DNA of 64,000 nucleotides from a virus. Lineage: Duplodnaviria; Heunggongvirae; Uroviricota; Caudoviricetes. Below, one piece after another: positions 9,012 through 18,277 of this stretch. Below the pieces are notes generated by a model. The model had not been told where the DNA came from and searched no databases. It saw only the letters and a program-made list of their open reading frames with translations. The DNA lies in the IMG/VR virus record IMGVR_UViG_3300042892_001069. One strand, written 5' to 3'. The stretch's first letter is position 1. Each line of letters starts with the position of its first letter. The position numbers and the translations under genes were made by a program.

Positions 9012-10762
9012 TGTATGATATAATTTTTATTACAAACGGTAGCAATGCTAGTGTATCTCGATATAAACAGTTTAAGTTATTATATCCGTTAGCTAAACAA
9101 GCAACAACCTATGACGAAGCAAAATCAAAATCTTTTACAAAATTATTTTGGATAGTGTGGTACGATGTAGAAATATTGCCATCGTTTACATTTGATTATG
9201 TTATACCAGAATGGGATCAGCAGTACGTTCATGTCTTCAAGCACGATAATGCTTTTATTCACACTGGAATATGTGTAGCTTCAAAAGAAATTAACATTTC
9301 AAAACGAGAATTTGCCTATCGTTACATTATTAACAATAAAAAAGAAATAGACACTCAAGCTACTGTTACTAGAAAATACGAAATATTTTGTATAGATACA
9401 CATCAAGATTATTTAAACGCAATGGATTCCTGTACAACTGACATGTTTTGGATGACCTCAAGCAATATGACAATTGCTGATAATTTTAAATTTGATTTAT
9501 TGTTTGATCCGTTAGACGGAAAATATGATTATGATCGAAATGAAAATCATGCGTTCATACATAGAGAACAGGGAAAAGATACATTTGATGGTGTATTTTT
9601 ACTTTCTAAAAATAAACCATTAAGTAAAAGAGAAGTGGAATACCGTTTTCCAATTCAACGTAAAGAATGGGATATTGTTGCTAGCGGTCCAAAATTATAT
9701 GATCGTTTTAAACTGACCACATACAAAGAATATTTAACAGCAGTGTCACAGTCAACTACAGAACTGTTTTGGAATATTCCCAGTAATGTTATTCCTGTAT
9801 ATGATTTTAAATTTGATTTATATTTTAGTCAAAAAGATGAAGAATTTACTTATGATCGAAATACTAATCACGTATTTTTAAACGGGAAACATTTTGACGG
9901 TGTTACATTATATAGTAAACATTCTGTAATCACTGAACGTGAATTTACTAACAGATTTATAGCAAATAAAAAAGAATGGGAAGTAGTAGCATCTGTGCCC
10001 AAGCCGTTTGACATGGTTTTTATTTCATATAACGAATTAACGGCAGACGAAAATTATGCTAGATTATTAGAAAGATTTCCAAGAGCGTTACGGGTCCACG
10101 GAGTAAAAGGTATTCATCAAGCACATATTGAAGCAGCCAAATTAGCAACAACAGAAATGTTTTGGGTAGTAGATGCTGACGCAATAATTGAAGACACATT
10201 TAATTTTGAATTTGAATATATCCCATTTTATAATGTACAAAGTAGAAAAATGCTTAGAAACATTGTACACGTATGGCAAAGTAAAAATCCTATTAACGAC
10301 CTAGTATACGGCTACGGTGGCGTAAAATTATTACCCCGTGAGCTAACAATGAACATGTCTACAACTACTGCTGACATGACTACTAGTATTAGTTCTAAAT
10401 TTAAAGCTATGCCGACAATATCGAACATAACAGCATTTAATACAGATCCGTTTAATACTTGGAAATCAGCATTTAGAGAATGTGTTAAGTTGTCAAGTAA
10501 GGTAATTGACGGACAAGTGAGTAGTGAAACTGAAGATCGATTAAATGCGTGGTGTATATTAAACGAGTCAGCGGCATACGGATTTTATGCCTACGCAGGC
10601 GCACTCGCCGGCAAAGAGTACGGTCAAGAAAATGCCGGCAATATACCGGCATTGTCCTTAATTAATGACTTTGAGTGGTTACAAATTCAGTTTGAAACTA
10701 GTCCAGTAGCCATTGGAAAAATGTCAGCAATAACTTTGGCACACGCAACAGCAACTTCCTGA
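9011..10762 (+). CDS. tandem-repeat GT-A-like protein (three degenerate units plus one intact DxD domain)
   Basis: Four internal units with T(D/E/K)(M/L)FW...F.FD/E; only the last has FISYNE...RVHGVKG...VVDAD...YGYGGVKL...AFRECVK, paralogous to 8115..9011. Confidence 0.55.
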   Translation: MYDIIFITNGSNASVSRYKQFKLLYPLAKQATTYDEAKSKSFTKLFWIVWYDVEILPSFTFDYVIPEWDQQYVHVFKHDNAFIHTGICVASKEINISKREFAYRYIINNKKEIDTQATVTRKYEIFCIDTHQDYLNAMDSCTTDMFWMTSSNMTIADNFKFDLLFDPLDGKYDYDRNENHAFIHREQGKDTFDGVFLLSKNKPLSKREVEYRFPIQRKEWDIVASGPKLYDRFKLTTYKEYLTAVSQSTTELFWNIPSNVIPVYDFKFDLYFSQKDEEFTYDRNTNHVFLNGKHFDGVTLYSKHSVITEREFTNRFIANKKEWEVVASVPKPFDMVFISYNELTADENYARLLERFPRALRVHGVKGIHQAHIEAAKLATTEMFWVVDADAIIEDTFNFEFEYIPFYNVQSRKMLRNIVHVWQSKNPINDLVYGYGGVKLLPRELTMNMSTTTADMTTSISSKFKAMPTISNITAFNTDPFNTWKSAFRECVKLSSKVIDGQVSSETEDRLNAWCILNESAAYGFYAYAGALAGKEYGQENAGNIPALSLINDFEWLQIQFETSPVAIGKMSAITLAHATATS

Positions 10763-11355
10763 TGTTCTTTTTGTGTGCCGTTAGCACTACGTAGTTCAAT
10801 AAAGTGAATCCAGCTACGTAGAGTGCCATTCATATATAAACGACTTTCAATAAGCCCTTCGGGTAATACCGCTCGGGCTTGTTCTTTAGCTATGCCATTA
10901 GCAATAGCCCAATCATATTCTCTTTTAGCGGCATATATGACTCGTTGTTGAGCTCTGTACCATTCATTTTGTAACAGTTGATCATCAACGTCAACACTAT
11001 TCTGTCTGTTCTTTGGGTCTTGAAGTCTAGCTTCTCTTGTAACAAAATTGAGATCCTTTGTTGGGTCAGCATATCGTTGACTAAACTCTTGGAAACTAAA
11101 ACTACGATGACGTAAAATCTGACGAGCAATATCACGTGTTGTAGTAATTTCTATACAAGCAGACACCATTTCAAGTGGTGACCAATGTTGGTGTTTGACC
11201 AAATACTTGATTAATTTTTCACTTGTTTCTGTGTTGAGTTGATTGCTTGGATTGGACACTCGGGCGCAATACGCAATGAGTTCCTGCGCATCAGCTAGCC
11301 CTAAATTTTTAAATTCTTCTGTTGGTTGTGAATATGATAAGAGCTTAACATTCAT
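10687..11355 (-). CDS. thyX: FAD-dependent thymidylate synthase
   Basis: ThyX signature RHRSFSFQEFSQRY, plus HQHWSPLE and AKEQARAVLP. Confidence 0.95.
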   Translation of the reverse strand: MNVKLLSYSQPTEEFKNLGLADAQELIAYCARVSNPSNQLNTETSEKLIKYLVKHQHWSPLEMVSACIEITTTRDIARQILRHRSFSFQEFSQRYADPTKDLNFVTREARLQDPKNRQNSVDVDDQLLQNEWYRAQQRVIYAAKREYDWAIANGIAKEQARAVLPEGLIESRLYMNGTLRSWIHFIELRSANGTQKEHQEVAVACAKVIADIFPMATGLVSN

Positions 11356-11672
11356 AGTTTTTTATTTTTTAAAAATTTTTCAGTAGACTTTTCTATATCT
11401 TTTTTAACTTTAATAGTATCGAGTTTAAAATCAATATTATCAATACGTTTTTCGTATGCCTTAAATAATTCTGACAACGACTTTTCAAAAGATTCCCATC
11501 CATCTTTTTTTGTTTTAGCTGTAACTTTTATTTCCCAAGTCTTGCCATCTTTAAAATTAACCAGTACCGCATGGAGATACCTAAGGGGTAACACATTGAG
11601 TTTTACCTCTCCAAATACTTCTGGCCAATGCTCGATGACTTCTTTGGGAAGAATTCTTCCCGCAGTCATCAC
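11352..11672 (-). CDS. hypothetical protein
   Basis: ORF coupled by 4-nt overlaps to both neighbours. Confidence 0.6.
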   Translation of the reverse strand: MMTAGRILPKEVIEHWPEVFGEVKLNVLPLRYLHAVLVNFKDGKTWEIKVTAKTKKDGWESFEKSLSELFKAYEKRIDNIDFKLDTIKVKKDIEKSTEKFLKNKKL

Positions 11673-12262
11673 TTAACTTTTTTGGTCGGAACCAACTCCT
11701 CAGCCAAACGGCGCATGGCGGCAGCTTCTTTAGCTAACTTATCAGCTTGTGAACGATAAAATTTAGCTTGATCATCTGGGGTACCTGCTGGCGCAACTAC
11801 TGGCTTAGCAACATCAGGAGCACTAGCAATTGGTTGTTTAACAGGTGCTACTGTAGCAGTATCACCTGATCCTGGAGCAATTGATAATCCGTCTACAGCA
11901 ATACCGCGTTGTTCGGCAATGATCTGATTTAATTCAGAAAGTAAAATAGACACACCAATCGACGGTGTCATTTCAATTTGGTCAGTACCAATTTTAATTA
12001 GACGGCCTTTTGAATGTAGACTCGGCAACATACGACTGCCGTCTGGAAATTGTGTACGGTCTAATGCCTCGGCAAACTCATATGCTTCTTGAGCGGTTGC
12101 GCTTTCAACCAAATTAATAAGCGCATTATGATATTGATCATCTAAGCTTTCGGTTGCTACAACTAGTGCGCTATATGCGTCACCTGGTAGAGTTCTATAC
12201 GCAACTAGTACTTTTTTATTTGTTGCTTTAATTCTACCTACGTGTTTTAATGATTGTGCCAT
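11669..12262 (-). CDS. hypothetical protein
   Basis: Start moved to MAQSLKH (GGAG RBS); A/P-rich linker and C-terminal coiled coil. Confidence 0.65.
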   Translation of the reverse strand: MAQSLKHVGRIKATNKKVLVAYRTLPGDAYSALVVATESLDDQYHNALINLVESATAQEAYEFAEALDRTQFPDGSRMLPSLHSKGRLIKIGTDQIEMTPSIGVSILLSELNQIIAEQRGIAVDGLSIAPGSGDTATVAPVKQPIASAPDVAKPVVAPAGTPDDQAKFYRSQADKLAKEAAAMRRLAEELVPTKKVK

Positions 12263-12263
12263 A

Positions 12264-12497
12264 TTAGGCTCCTTGTTTAGATGCTTCTGCTTGTTTAGCA
12301 ACTTGATCTAAGAATGTTGTTAGCTTGTTATATGTTTGACCTACAACAGCCATTTCGTTTGGTTTAAATGCGCCGCGTGAGCTAGCAATATCGATAATAA
12401 CTTTCATTGCGTTAAGATCGTTAATATTAAGTTCAGCCGCATTTTCTTGCGGTTGTTCGGTTGTTGCTTCTTTACTTGTTTCCACTTGATCGGTCAT
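12264..12497 (-). CDS. small hypothetical protein
   Basis: AAGGAG RBS; ATAAATT late-like motif upstream. Confidence 0.65.
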   Translation of the reverse strand: MTDQVETSKEATTEQPQENAAELNINDLNAMKVIIDIASSRGAFKPNEMAVVGQTYNKLTTFLDQVAKQAEASKQGA

Positions 12498-12528
12498 GGT
12501 ATCTCCTTAAATTAAGTGTGTATATAAT

Positions 12529-12816
12529 TTATCTCGATTGTAAATGTGGACAGGCAATTGTGAAGAAACTAAGTTCTTTTTCACTTTCAAAACCGATTCT
12601 TGTAGTATATACAATTGTGTTTGTATAGTCTAAAGTTAGATCTTGTCCAATGTAATACCTATTATTTAGGTTATGCGTTATCCACTGATTAACTAGTTTA
12701 ATAAATGTAGGTGTATGTTTTTCTATTACAGTGTATTTAAAATGGGGAGCGGCAAACTCAACCCTCCGAATATCAAAATAATTTAAAGGGTTAGGCTTGC
12801 CATTCTTTAAAGCCAT
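12529..12816 (-). CDS. hypothetical protein
   Basis: ORF starts immediately after the vWA gene stop. Confidence 0.55.
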   Translation of the reverse strand: MALKNGKPNPLNYFDIRRVEFAAPHFKYTVIEKHTPTFIKLVNQWITHNLNNRYYIGQDLTLDYTNTIVYTTRIGFESEKELSFFTIACPHLQSR

Positions 12817-14013
12817 TTACGCCATTTCCTTAACTTCTTCGTAGTAAGCGTATTCGCCCCAAGGCGGCACAATTGTATTATTTCCATGAATAATAAAAAT
12901 TGTATCGCAGTACGTTTCGTCACCCCATGAGCTCCATGGATATCCATCAGTAAACATGATAAACTTTTTAGGATTAATATCGTGCTCTTTCATGTAATCC
13001 CAGTTAGCATCGAACTCAGTGCCGCCGCCACCCATAACTTCATAGTCGTCAAACTCATCCATGGTGTAGCCATCAAAGTCTGCTTCGTTATACACCTTAG
13101 TATCAAAGCACCAAACTTTAATTTTAAAGTCTTTATACTCTTCCATAATGCCTTTAATTTCTGTTAGGAAATCTTTTGCTTGCTCGTCGCCAATAGAGCC
13201 AGACATGTCAATTGACACGCAGATATCAATTGTTTCTTGGAATTGAGTTCCTGGAAGAATAGCACTCATGTGCCAGCCTTTGCGGTTAGGACGCATAAAG
13301 CTATAATCGTTTTTAATAGTACTTTGAATTTGTTGACGCAGAATTTCACGCCAATTCATCTTAGGCTCAGTAAGCTCTTTAATCATCCGCTGTACACTTG
13401 CGGGGGTATTTCCAGCACCCGCTGCCTGTGCCGCTTGCATAGTTGCCTCACGGATTTCATCACGAATTTGTTTAAGCTCGTCTTTAGTATACGATGGTTT
13501 ATTTTGTCCATCTTTGCCACCGCCGTCTTCACCCCAGTCAATGTGGTCGTCTAGTAACTGTCCGATAGCATCTAATTCTTTCTCGTCCATCTCATCAAAA
13601 ATTTGGTCGTATACTTCTTCAGCACCCATGCCGTAATACTTAGGGTCATGAAAGATTGTAATACCTTTAATTTGGTGGTCACCAATATGGTCACGAACTA
13701 ATTGTCCGTTTACACAATAGTCAGCGGCAATGTTAAAAATCTTAGCATTGCGCCCTTCTTTACGACCCATATGGTCAAATACATTATGAAGGATTTCGTG
13801 AGCAATAACAAACTCTACTTGCTTGGTAGTTAATGGCGTAAAAAATTCTCGATTAAAATAAATGGTTCGTCCGTCTGTTGCGGCAGTGCCCATCCAATCA
13901 GAGCCTTCTTCAATTTTTAAGCGGGTAGCCATGTTGCCAAAGAACGGATGGCGAAGTAGCAACCCTACCCGGGCTACAATAATTTTATCAATAATTGGGT
14001 CATTGTGCGACAT
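12817..14013 (-). CDS. vWA-domain protein with N-terminal HExxH metallopeptidase-like domain (MoxR partner)
   Basis: TAATDG and AHEILH in the N-terminus; MIDAS elements IDMSGS, GGGGTEF and FTDGY. Confidence 0.85.
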   Translation of the reverse strand: MSHNDPIIDKIIVARVGLLLRHPFFGNMATRLKIEEGSDWMGTAATDGRTIYFNREFFTPLTTKQVEFVIAHEILHNVFDHMGRKEGRNAKIFNIAADYCVNGQLVRDHIGDHQIKGITIFHDPKYYGMGAEEVYDQIFDEMDEKELDAIGQLLDDHIDWGEDGGGKDGQNKPSYTKDELKQIRDEIREATMQAAQAAGAGNTPASVQRMIKELTEPKMNWREILRQQIQSTIKNDYSFMRPNRKGWHMSAILPGTQFQETIDICVSIDMSGSIGDEQAKDFLTEIKGIMEEYKDFKIKVWCFDTKVYNEADFDGYTMDEFDDYEVMGGGGTEFDANWDYMKEHDINPKKFIMFTDGYPWSSWGDETYCDTIFIIHGNNTIVPPWGEYAYYEEVKEMA

Positions 14014-14043
14014 ATCTACTCCTATTATTTGCTATATGTATAT

Positions 14044-14072
14044 ATTATAACAGGACCCGAAGGTCCTGTCAA
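14044..14072 (-). promoter_or_regulatory. sigma70 promoter TTGACA-17-TATAAT overlapping a TTCG-loop hairpin
   Basis: Minus strand reads TTGACA GGACCTTCGGGTCCTGT TATAAT; inverted repeat ACAGGACC/GGTCCTGT at 14050-14069. Confidence 0.85.
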
Positions 14073-14088
14073 TTGGTTTTGAAACCTA

Positions 14089-15189
14089 TTAACGACTTTC
14101 TTTTTCAGTAGCCGCCGCAATGTACTTACCAAATTTAGCGTGGAACGCATCAAAGCACTCGATTTCATCTGGATCCAGCGGCAGTTTGTATGTACTCAAT
14201 GCCAATTTAGTACCCATAATAACCAATTCTGTTTCAAAGTTTTTCATAATGAATTCAAAGAAGTTATTAACTTGTTTGTTCCAATCTTTAGCACCTTTGT
14301 CGCAACTATCTTTAAGCTCGTAACACAATGCTACTGTAAGAGAATACATAGCTGAGATCTCTTTTGAGTCCATTGTTTTAACCTTTCCGCTTAGAATGTC
14401 TGTAGGATTAGGCATTTTACTTGCGTGTTTACGATGTGCCATAAACTTAATAGCAAGGCCTTCGCCGATTGAACCCGAAGTTAGATCAGTTAGGGTATCA
14501 GCATCAGTGTCGTCATCTACTAGAAGTTCGCTAACAAAAGACCAACTACGTGGAGTAGCAAACGCACGTGAGCTAGATTTAGGTTCAAAGTCGTACAGGT
14601 CTTTTTTGCTAAAAGTCAAAAAGCCAACTACGTCCTTATGAATCTTATTAAGTACAGCCCACTCGTTCCAGTCTTCCCATTCAACAGTCATCTCCAAGTG
14701 GACAAAGCGGTTAGCCAACGGAGCAGGCATACGATAAGTAACACCCTTGTCAGTTTCACGATTCCCAGCGGCAACCATTACAACGTTATCTGGCAGTTCA
14801 TACGTACCAACTTTACGATTCAACACTAGCTGATAAGCCGCAGCCTGTACGCTAGGAGCCGCACTATTCATTTCATCCATGAACAGGATAATCTGTTTAT
14901 GGTTTTTAGCAAATTCTTTGCTAGGCAATTCGCTGGGAGGAGCCCAAACCATTGTACCAGTATTTGAGTCAAAGTACGGAATACCTTTAATGTCAGTGGG
15001 TTCCCAAAGACTCAAACGAACATCAATTACGTGAGCTTCAAGTTCCTCACCTAGTTGTTTAATAATATCAGACTTGCCAATACCTGGAGGACCCCACAGG
15101 AAGATTGGACGCTTGTTTTTAAAAGCCTTACGTAGAGACTTTTTAGCATTTTTTGGGCCAACTGTGCGGCTAATAATTTCTGCTGCCAT
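14089..15189 (-). CDS. MoxR-family AAA+ ATPase
   Basis: Walker A GPPGIGKS, Walker B LFMDEMN, AAGNR, LANRF, TPRSW; adjacent to the vWA gene. Confidence 0.88.
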   Translation of the reverse strand: MAAEIISRTVGPKNAKKSLRKAFKNKRPIFLWGPPGIGKSDIIKQLGEELEAHVIDVRLSLWEPTDIKGIPYFDSNTGTMVWAPPSELPSKEFAKNHKQIILFMDEMNSAAPSVQAAAYQLVLNRKVGTYELPDNVVMVAAGNRETDKGVTYRMPAPLANRFVHLEMTVEWEDWNEWAVLNKIHKDVVGFLTFSKKDLYDFEPKSSSRAFATPRSWSFVSELLVDDDTDADTLTDLTSGSIGEGLAIKFMAHRKHASKMPNPTDILSGKVKTMDSKEISAMYSLTVALCYELKDSCDKGAKDWNKQVNNFFEFIMKNFETELVIMGTKLALSTYKLPLDPDEIECFDAFHAKFGKYIAAATEKESR

Positions 15190-15238
15190 TTTACATTTCC
15201 TTAAAGTTTGCGGGGTTAAAAATTTACTTTATGTAGCT

Positions 15239-15267
15239 ATTATACAGCTACCCCGAGGAAGTGTCAA
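15239..15267 (-). promoter_or_regulatory. sigma70 promoter TTGACA-17-TATAAT
   Basis: Perfect consensus upstream of the MoxR gene; the -10 box is flanked by the inverted repeat GTAGCT/AGCTAC. Confidence 0.85.
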
Positions 15268-15671
15268 GTGTTATTTTCAGAATCTATTTCTTTTTGTCGC
15301 TCATTCATAGCTTTAATTAAGCCAAACTTTCTAATGTCGTCGGAAAACAACATTAGCTCAAAACTCTTTTTTTCCGAAAAAACAGTAATGCTTTGATTAG
15401 TTAACAGATATGGACAGTCAATATATCTTTCCAAAAAGATAATTGTTTGGGGACTAAGTTCAATTGGCTCAGTAAATGGAATTTCATATTCCTTCAATTC
15501 CAATTCGCCCGTCAAAAACATATACCCTTCTTCACTAAGGCGAAAGGCAGTTTGTTTGTTTACTCGATTTGATTGCCACCATTTATGTGAATATAGATTT
15601 ACATTAGTTTCATCTACACTCTTACCCCACTGTTGTAGGAATATTTTAGTTAGCAAATCTCTAGTTATCAT
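15264..15671 (-). CDS. hypothetical protein
   Basis: 135-aa ORF, ATGA-coupled. Confidence 0.6.
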   Translation of the reverse strand: MITRDLLTKIFLQQWGKSVDETNVNLYSHKWWQSNRVNKQTAFRLSEEGYMFLTGELELKEYEIPFTEPIELSPQTIIFLERYIDCPYLLTNQSITVFSEKKSFELMLFSDDIRKFGLIKAMNERQKEIDSENNT

Positions 15672-15952
15672 TTTACAATGGTGCCAGATGTTAACTTAAC
15701 AACTTGGAAATTTTCAGTACCAAATGTTAGATTTAATTTCTTAGCAAGATTTACAGCGTGGCCGGGATTAGAGAAGCTAGTCTTTTTATATTTAGGACCT
15801 GGATAACTTGTGAGGCTGTTAAATGACTTTAAATTAAAAGGTTCATTTTTATAGAAGACCGCCCAAATGGCTTCAGCTTCTAAAACTTGTTCAGCTTTAT
15901 AAGTTTTTTTATTTGTGTACTCTAATAGTACTTTAGGTTTTGGTCGACTCAT
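15668..15952 (-). CDS. hypothetical basic protein
   Basis: Start MSRPKPK with GAGG RBS; ATAAATA at 15982-15988 upstream. Confidence 0.65.
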   Translation of the reverse strand: MSRPKPKVLLEYTNKKTYKAEQVLEAEAIWAVFYKNEPFNLKSFNSLTSYPGPKYKKTSFSNPGHAVNLAKKLNLTFGTENFQVVKLTSGTIVK

Positions 15953-15990
15953 TATATGCATACCTCAGTAATATACGCATATATTTATCC

Positions 15991-16239
15991 TTATTTAGGA
16001 AGTTCAAACCCACCACCGTCCATCTCTACAGATACAATTTCAGTATCTACACTACGTTTAAGAGCATTAAACATGATTTCGTAGTCTTGATTTATTTTAT
16101 CCATCATTTCAGCAAGTGCTAAACTAAGCATCCTAGCCTGTGGTAAAGACATTTTAACTTCTTTACTTTGAGATTGTTCTGCGCTTCTAACCTGCTGTAC
16201 AAATTGTGTAATAGGACTTAGATTAATCTGATTTTGCAT
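15991..16239 (-). CDS. hypothetical protein
   Basis: 82-aa ORF overlapping the upstream gene. Confidence 0.55.
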   Translation of the reverse strand: MQNQINLSPITQFVQQVRSAEQSQSKEVKMSLPQARMLSLALAEMMDKINQDYEIMFNALKRSVDTEIVSVEMDGGGFELPK

Positions 16240-16702
16240 TTGACAGTACCTGTTTCATTTCAATTTCTGATTTAAATGGACCTTTGTATGGATACCGCTC
16301 AACAGTAATTGCTTTGGGACAAAAACTTTTAACCCAGCCTTTATCAAATTTGATTACATAGTAGCCGGCACAATACAAACTTTTACTAGCGTTTGATTTA
16401 GTAAACAACGGCAGTTTACGTCTTACATCATACATGCTGTTGTACGGATTACAGCTGGTTGGATAATTGTGACATTCGTGAGGAGCAGAATGTGTTACTT
16501 TAACTTTGGTGCTAGTTAAAAAAAACTCTTCTCCAAACTGTTTAGTTAGGTCTTGTTTTTTATTAAACATAACTTCACCCTTAGTGCTACTTAAAACAAA
16601 TTTATTGTTTTCTTTTTTATGTAGGGTAGCAATCTTAGTACCGTCTTGTTCTACAATCCAAAATTTACCATCTACAATAGGCTTTGCGTGTATCTCTGTC
16701 AT
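16223..16702 (-). CDS. hypothetical protein
   Basis: 159-aa ORF in the minus-strand operon. Confidence 0.65.
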   Translation of the reverse strand: MTEIHAKPIVDGKFWIVEQDGTKIATLHKKENNKFVLSSTKGEVMFNKKQDLTKQFGEEFFLTSTKVKVTHSAPHECHNYPTSCNPYNSMYDVRRKLPLFTKSNASKSLYCAGYYVIKFDKGWVKSFCPKAITVERYPYKGPFKSEIEMKQVLSNAKSD

Positions 16703-16851
16703 TTTTTAAACCATCCTTTAATTGTTTGTAACAAATTATAATATCTAAAATGATAATTTGTTAGCACGGGTTGATGATGCGGACACCGACCTTGCCGCCA
16801 GTCGCAATCTGCTTTAATTTCTTTGTAACAAACTGCACATTTTTGTCTCAT
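16699..16851 (-). CDS. 50-aa Cys/His-rich small protein (not in ORF track)
   Basis: Translated by hand: MRQKCAVCYKEIKADCDWRQGRCPHHQPVLTNYHFRYYNLLQTIKGWFKK; ATGA overlaps at both ends fill the gap exactly. Confidence 0.7.
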   Translation of the reverse strand: MRQKCAVCYKEIKADCDWRQGRCPHHQPVLTNYHFRYYNLLQTIKGWFKK

Positions 16852-17870
16852 TTGCTTTCCTCTGTAAGTTTACGCCACGTAACTGCTTGTTCAGAAAATC
16901 TTGCCTGAAATGGTTCCGCATATGATTGTATATTATCGGCAATCTTTTTCATATCGTAACTATTACAGAACTTTAGCATACGTATACCTACTTGCGTAAT
17001 GTCTTTAGGAACAGCATACGTATCGATAGTTTCTTTAATTAATGCTTTAATGTTGTCCGGTTGTGCTGTTAAATCACATAACTGTACATTACGTTGATAG
17101 TCTTCTAGTACACGATGTTCTTGTCCATTGTGGTCGGACCATCTCTGCAACATGAGATTGTTCCACGCATATCCTTTGCTAGTACGATCCTCAAATGCTT
17201 CAGTAAGTCCAACTTTATTCTTTGTACCTTTAACCCGCACTCCTGGATACGCACTAAAGACATTGTCACTAGTGTCGCCACGCATACATTTTTCAAACAA
17301 TAGCCATTCTGGATTTGGAACTTCTTTAGGCTCTTTTGTCTTTTTATCTATAACAAGTTTACCTTTTTTATCAAATATGCCATTAATAGTGTGAGTCTCT
17401 TCAGCAACACCGTTATACTGTTTTACATTGCTTGCTAGTAGTTGATAAAAGTCTCTATCAGTGCTAATGATCACATGCTCTGCCATCGGGTGAGCTTGTA
17501 TAAAGCCCGCAATCAAATCATCAGCTTCTAATTGATTATGCTGGAGTACAGTACAGTTAGTTTTTTCTGTAATAAAATTCTTAAACTCATCAAAGGCTTC
17601 CCAAAAGATCTTTTCTTCTTCTGCTTCTTTTACTGTATGTGCAGCACGAGCTTCTGCCCGATTAGCTTTATACGGGGCATAAAAGTCCTTACGCCAGCTA
17701 CGACCTTCGAGGCAGAATACTACATGAGTACCACCAAAATCTTGCCATGCTTTTTTAATACTGTTAAAGGTAATATGAAAAGCCATGCCAAGTTTAATCT
17801 CAGCATTGCCTTGTACTACGTGTCTAGCACGAAAAAATGTGTTAGCAGTATCAACTAAAATATATGTCAT
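16848..17870 (-). CDS. rnh: T4 RNase H-like 5'-3' exonuclease/flap endonuclease
   Basis: YILVDTAN..FRA, EADDLIA, STDRDFYQL and GDTSDNV acidic motifs. Confidence 0.88.
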   Translation of the reverse strand: MTYILVDTANTFFRARHVVQGNAEIKLGMAFHITFNSIKKAWQDFGGTHVVFCLEGRSWRKDFYAPYKANRAEARAAHTVKEAEEEKIFWEAFDEFKNFITEKTNCTVLQHNQLEADDLIAGFIQAHPMAEHVIISTDRDFYQLLASNVKQYNGVAEETHTINGIFDKKGKLVIDKKTKEPKEVPNPEWLLFEKCMRGDTSDNVFSAYPGVRVKGTKNKVGLTEAFEDRTSKGYAWNNLMLQRWSDHNGQEHRVLEDYQRNVQLCDLTAQPDNIKALIKETIDTYAVPKDITQVGIRMLKFCNSYDMKKIADNIQSYAEPFQARFSEQAVTWRKLTEESK

Positions 17871-18277
17871 TCTATTTGTGCTCTATTATTACCAAGTCTT
17901 GTTACATTAACATAACCGGCAGTTCTATCTTTAGATTCCATGCCTTCGCCTTGAATCATAGAACTATACAAATCTCTAAACCACCGATCTACAATTTGTT
18001 CATCTGGATCGCCGTCAAAACCGTATCCAGCTTGTTTCAATTGTACTATAAACAAGTCATTCCAGTCAAGCTCAAAAAAGCCATTTCTTGGATTATCTTT
18101 ATTAACTTTAGTATCTAAGACACTAACCCACGGCTCTCCACGAGCTGTAGCACGTTCTTTTGGCAACATCTTAGCAATAAGTTCTTCTTCTTTAGCTTTA
18201 GTAGTTTCTAACTGTGCTTGTTCTTTTTCGGCAAGTAATTTATCAATGCCAAATAGTTTTCTAATAAATTGTTTCAT
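17867..18277 (-). CDS. hypothetical protein
   Basis: Start MKQFIRK coupled (TAATG) to the queE stop. Confidence 0.6.
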   Translation of the reverse strand: MKQFIRKLFGIDKLLAEKEQAQLETTKAKEEELIAKMLPKERATARGEPWVSVLDTKVNKDNPRNGFFELDWNDLFIVQLKQAGYGFDGDPDEQIVDRWFRDLYSSMIQGEGMESKDRTAGYVNVTRLGNNRAQIE

